Below are positions 62,331 to 64,000 of a stretch of 64,000 nt of DNA, in pieces. The position numbers and the translations under genes are program-made. The DNA is from Mobula hypostoma (lineage: Eukaryota), in NCBI RefSeq assembly GCF_963921235.1, contig NC_086097.1, positions 77,564,001-77,628,000 of the forward strand, written 5' to 3'. How positions within the stretch are numbered: position 1 is the stretch's first letter; each line of letters opens with the position of its first letter. The notes under the pieces are model-generated. The model had not been told where the DNA came from. It worked only from the letters and a program-made list of their open reading frames with translations, and ran no database searches.

Positions 62331-64000
62331 CAGTGATTCCCGAAGGGGCGGTCATGTGTCCTAAGTCAGCGTTAGGAGAACTAGAAGTCACTGGGGCGCA
62401 TTCAAGATTTCTGGGGGGGGGCATTAAGTGACACCCTAACTTGAGGCACAAAACCTGACCGACCGTGTCATCAACATCTGACAGGCATTCCCAGGTTGTG
62501 TTAATTTCTTATTTTAATTTAGTCCCACTAATGATGGATAAATACATATGGCACAATCTCTATGAGCCTGAAGGCAGTAAAGTCTTGAATTTTTAATCTT
62601 GCTAAGAAACAGAAACTACAGAAAGTGCGTCAATACAATTGTAATATTGTATTACACACCTGAAGTATGGTTTTACTCTGCTCCTGTCAGATCAACGCCA
62701 TCCCATGTGTCTTGTTTGTAATACTGTACTGTCTAATGAAGCCATGAATCCATCAAGATTGCAGAAACGCTTTTATAAAAGACACTCTGAAAAAGCTAAT
62801 TATGGTATTACTCAGTTCCAGAAGATGAAAGAACCTTTTGAAAAGAGTTGCACACTCGTCATTTGCCAAGAAAGCTAAAAATGACCTTGATAATGGTCTC
62901 ATTGCTTTTATAACATTTCCAAACTGATGGCAAAATGTGGAAAATCTCACAGAAATGGTGAAAGATTAATAATGTTTGCTGTATCAGAAGTACTCACCAC
63001 TCTTCCCAAAATGGATACCAGTATTTTTAAAATAATTTCCTCTGAGTAATAACTCTATGGCTCGTTGTGTTGATGAAATGAGTGAGGGCATTGACTATCA
63101 ACTATGCACAGAGCTACAAAAAACAGAATTTAGGATACAACTTTTTTCAAGCATGACTCTTGTAATATCTGCTATCAACAAAATGAAAGCCCATCCATTA
63201 AATAACAGAATATTTCACCAATTATGCCAAGATAACAATGAAGAATTTGAATACTTGCTGCTTCACACTGAAGTGCGTTCGCTGTCAAAAGGCTGCTGCT
63301 TAAAATGTTTCCTTGATCTTTTTGACGCTGTGGTTGAAGCTTTGCTGAAAGTTGTCAAGAGCTTAGGAAACAAGATTGAGCTTTTACGTGGAGGTGTGGC
63401 ATACCTAGCCAATCTGTATGACAAAATGAATATTCTAAATGTGAAACCGCAGGGCAAGAATTTCAATTAAATCCAGGCAAAAAGTACAGCATCCACGTTT
63501 ATCAGAAGATTGGAAATATATAAGCAAAACATTGGGAGAAGTATGTTCTCACAGTTTCCCTGCATGGAAAGTGTGGCTCCTTTTTAGAGATGGTGATTTG
63601 CAAGAGTACTGCTTACACCTGCAGTCACTGAAAAAGGATTTTCAGAATCGATTCAGGAGTTGAACAATCTCGAAATTCTGAAATGGGAAATAAACCCATT
63701 TCTTTGCAAGGTGGAAGAACAGGAAGAGAGCTTGCATAAAGAAATTATTGAAATTCAGAATGATGATGAAGCAAAAATGCTTCTCAAAATTTTGGCTTTT
63801 GTGATATGTGGCTACACTGTCATATGAAGTTTCCTGGTCTTTAGAGAAGAGTCAAACTGTTGTTCATTGCATTTCCATCCTCCTACCTTGTTGAAAGAGA
63901 TTTCTGAGCAGTGAACCTCATACTCACAAAAAAACAGAAACCACTTGGAATTGTTACATGTGGGAACTTAAGGCTTTTGCTGTCTCAATTTGAACCAGAT
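62331..64000 (+). mobile_element. hAT Buster/Charlie-type transposon with decayed, internally deleted transposase; runs off the window end
   Basis: Possible TIR cagtgattcccgaagggg at 62331. BED finger YGF....PMCLVCNTVLSNEAM.PSRL, LSNNSMARCVDEMS, LLLHTEVR.LSKG.CL, FPSSYLVER.F..V, RN.LEI...G.LRL.L..FEP. Confidence 0.88.

Noticed and set aside
62540..64000. Domesticated ZBED/SCAND3-like host gene
   Set aside because: Multiple stops, frameshifts and an internal deletion, with a TIR-like end upstream, indicate a dead transposon.

Overview
This is eukaryotic, repeat-dense, intronic or intergenic vertebrate DNA. The transposable element (TE) repertoire suggests a cartilaginous fish such as a ray or shark, but that is inference. 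I found no host gene I can name, and no rRNA, tRNA or CRISPR array. Main contents: (1) a complete but decayed 9.5-kb Gypsy provirus (5887-15402) with PNMA-like gag, a tRNA-Pro primer binding site, a polypurine tract and a 4-bp target site duplication (TSD). It sits inside a Rex1/Babar LINE and carries three nested insertions: two solo LTRs and a Tigger-like element. (2) Two young fold-back Penelope (GIY-YIG) insertions with TSDs, plus many miniature or palindromic Penelope termini. These termini carry a minimal type I hammerhead ribozyme motif (agtc-CTGACGA-stem II-GAAA-CGTC-gact). (3) A full-length RTE LINE with an 11-bp TSD and an apparently structured 5' leader. (4) Truncated L1, L2, CR1, Rex1/Babar and Hero-like LINEs, and V-SINE-type SINEs. 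(5) hAT elements, including a chain of non-autonomous DNA transposons that have captured pieces of one another. The best candidate for an under-described system is the family of hammerhead-bearing, palindromic, non-coding Penelope derivatives. All alignments and identities were judged by eye; no search or folding program was run.
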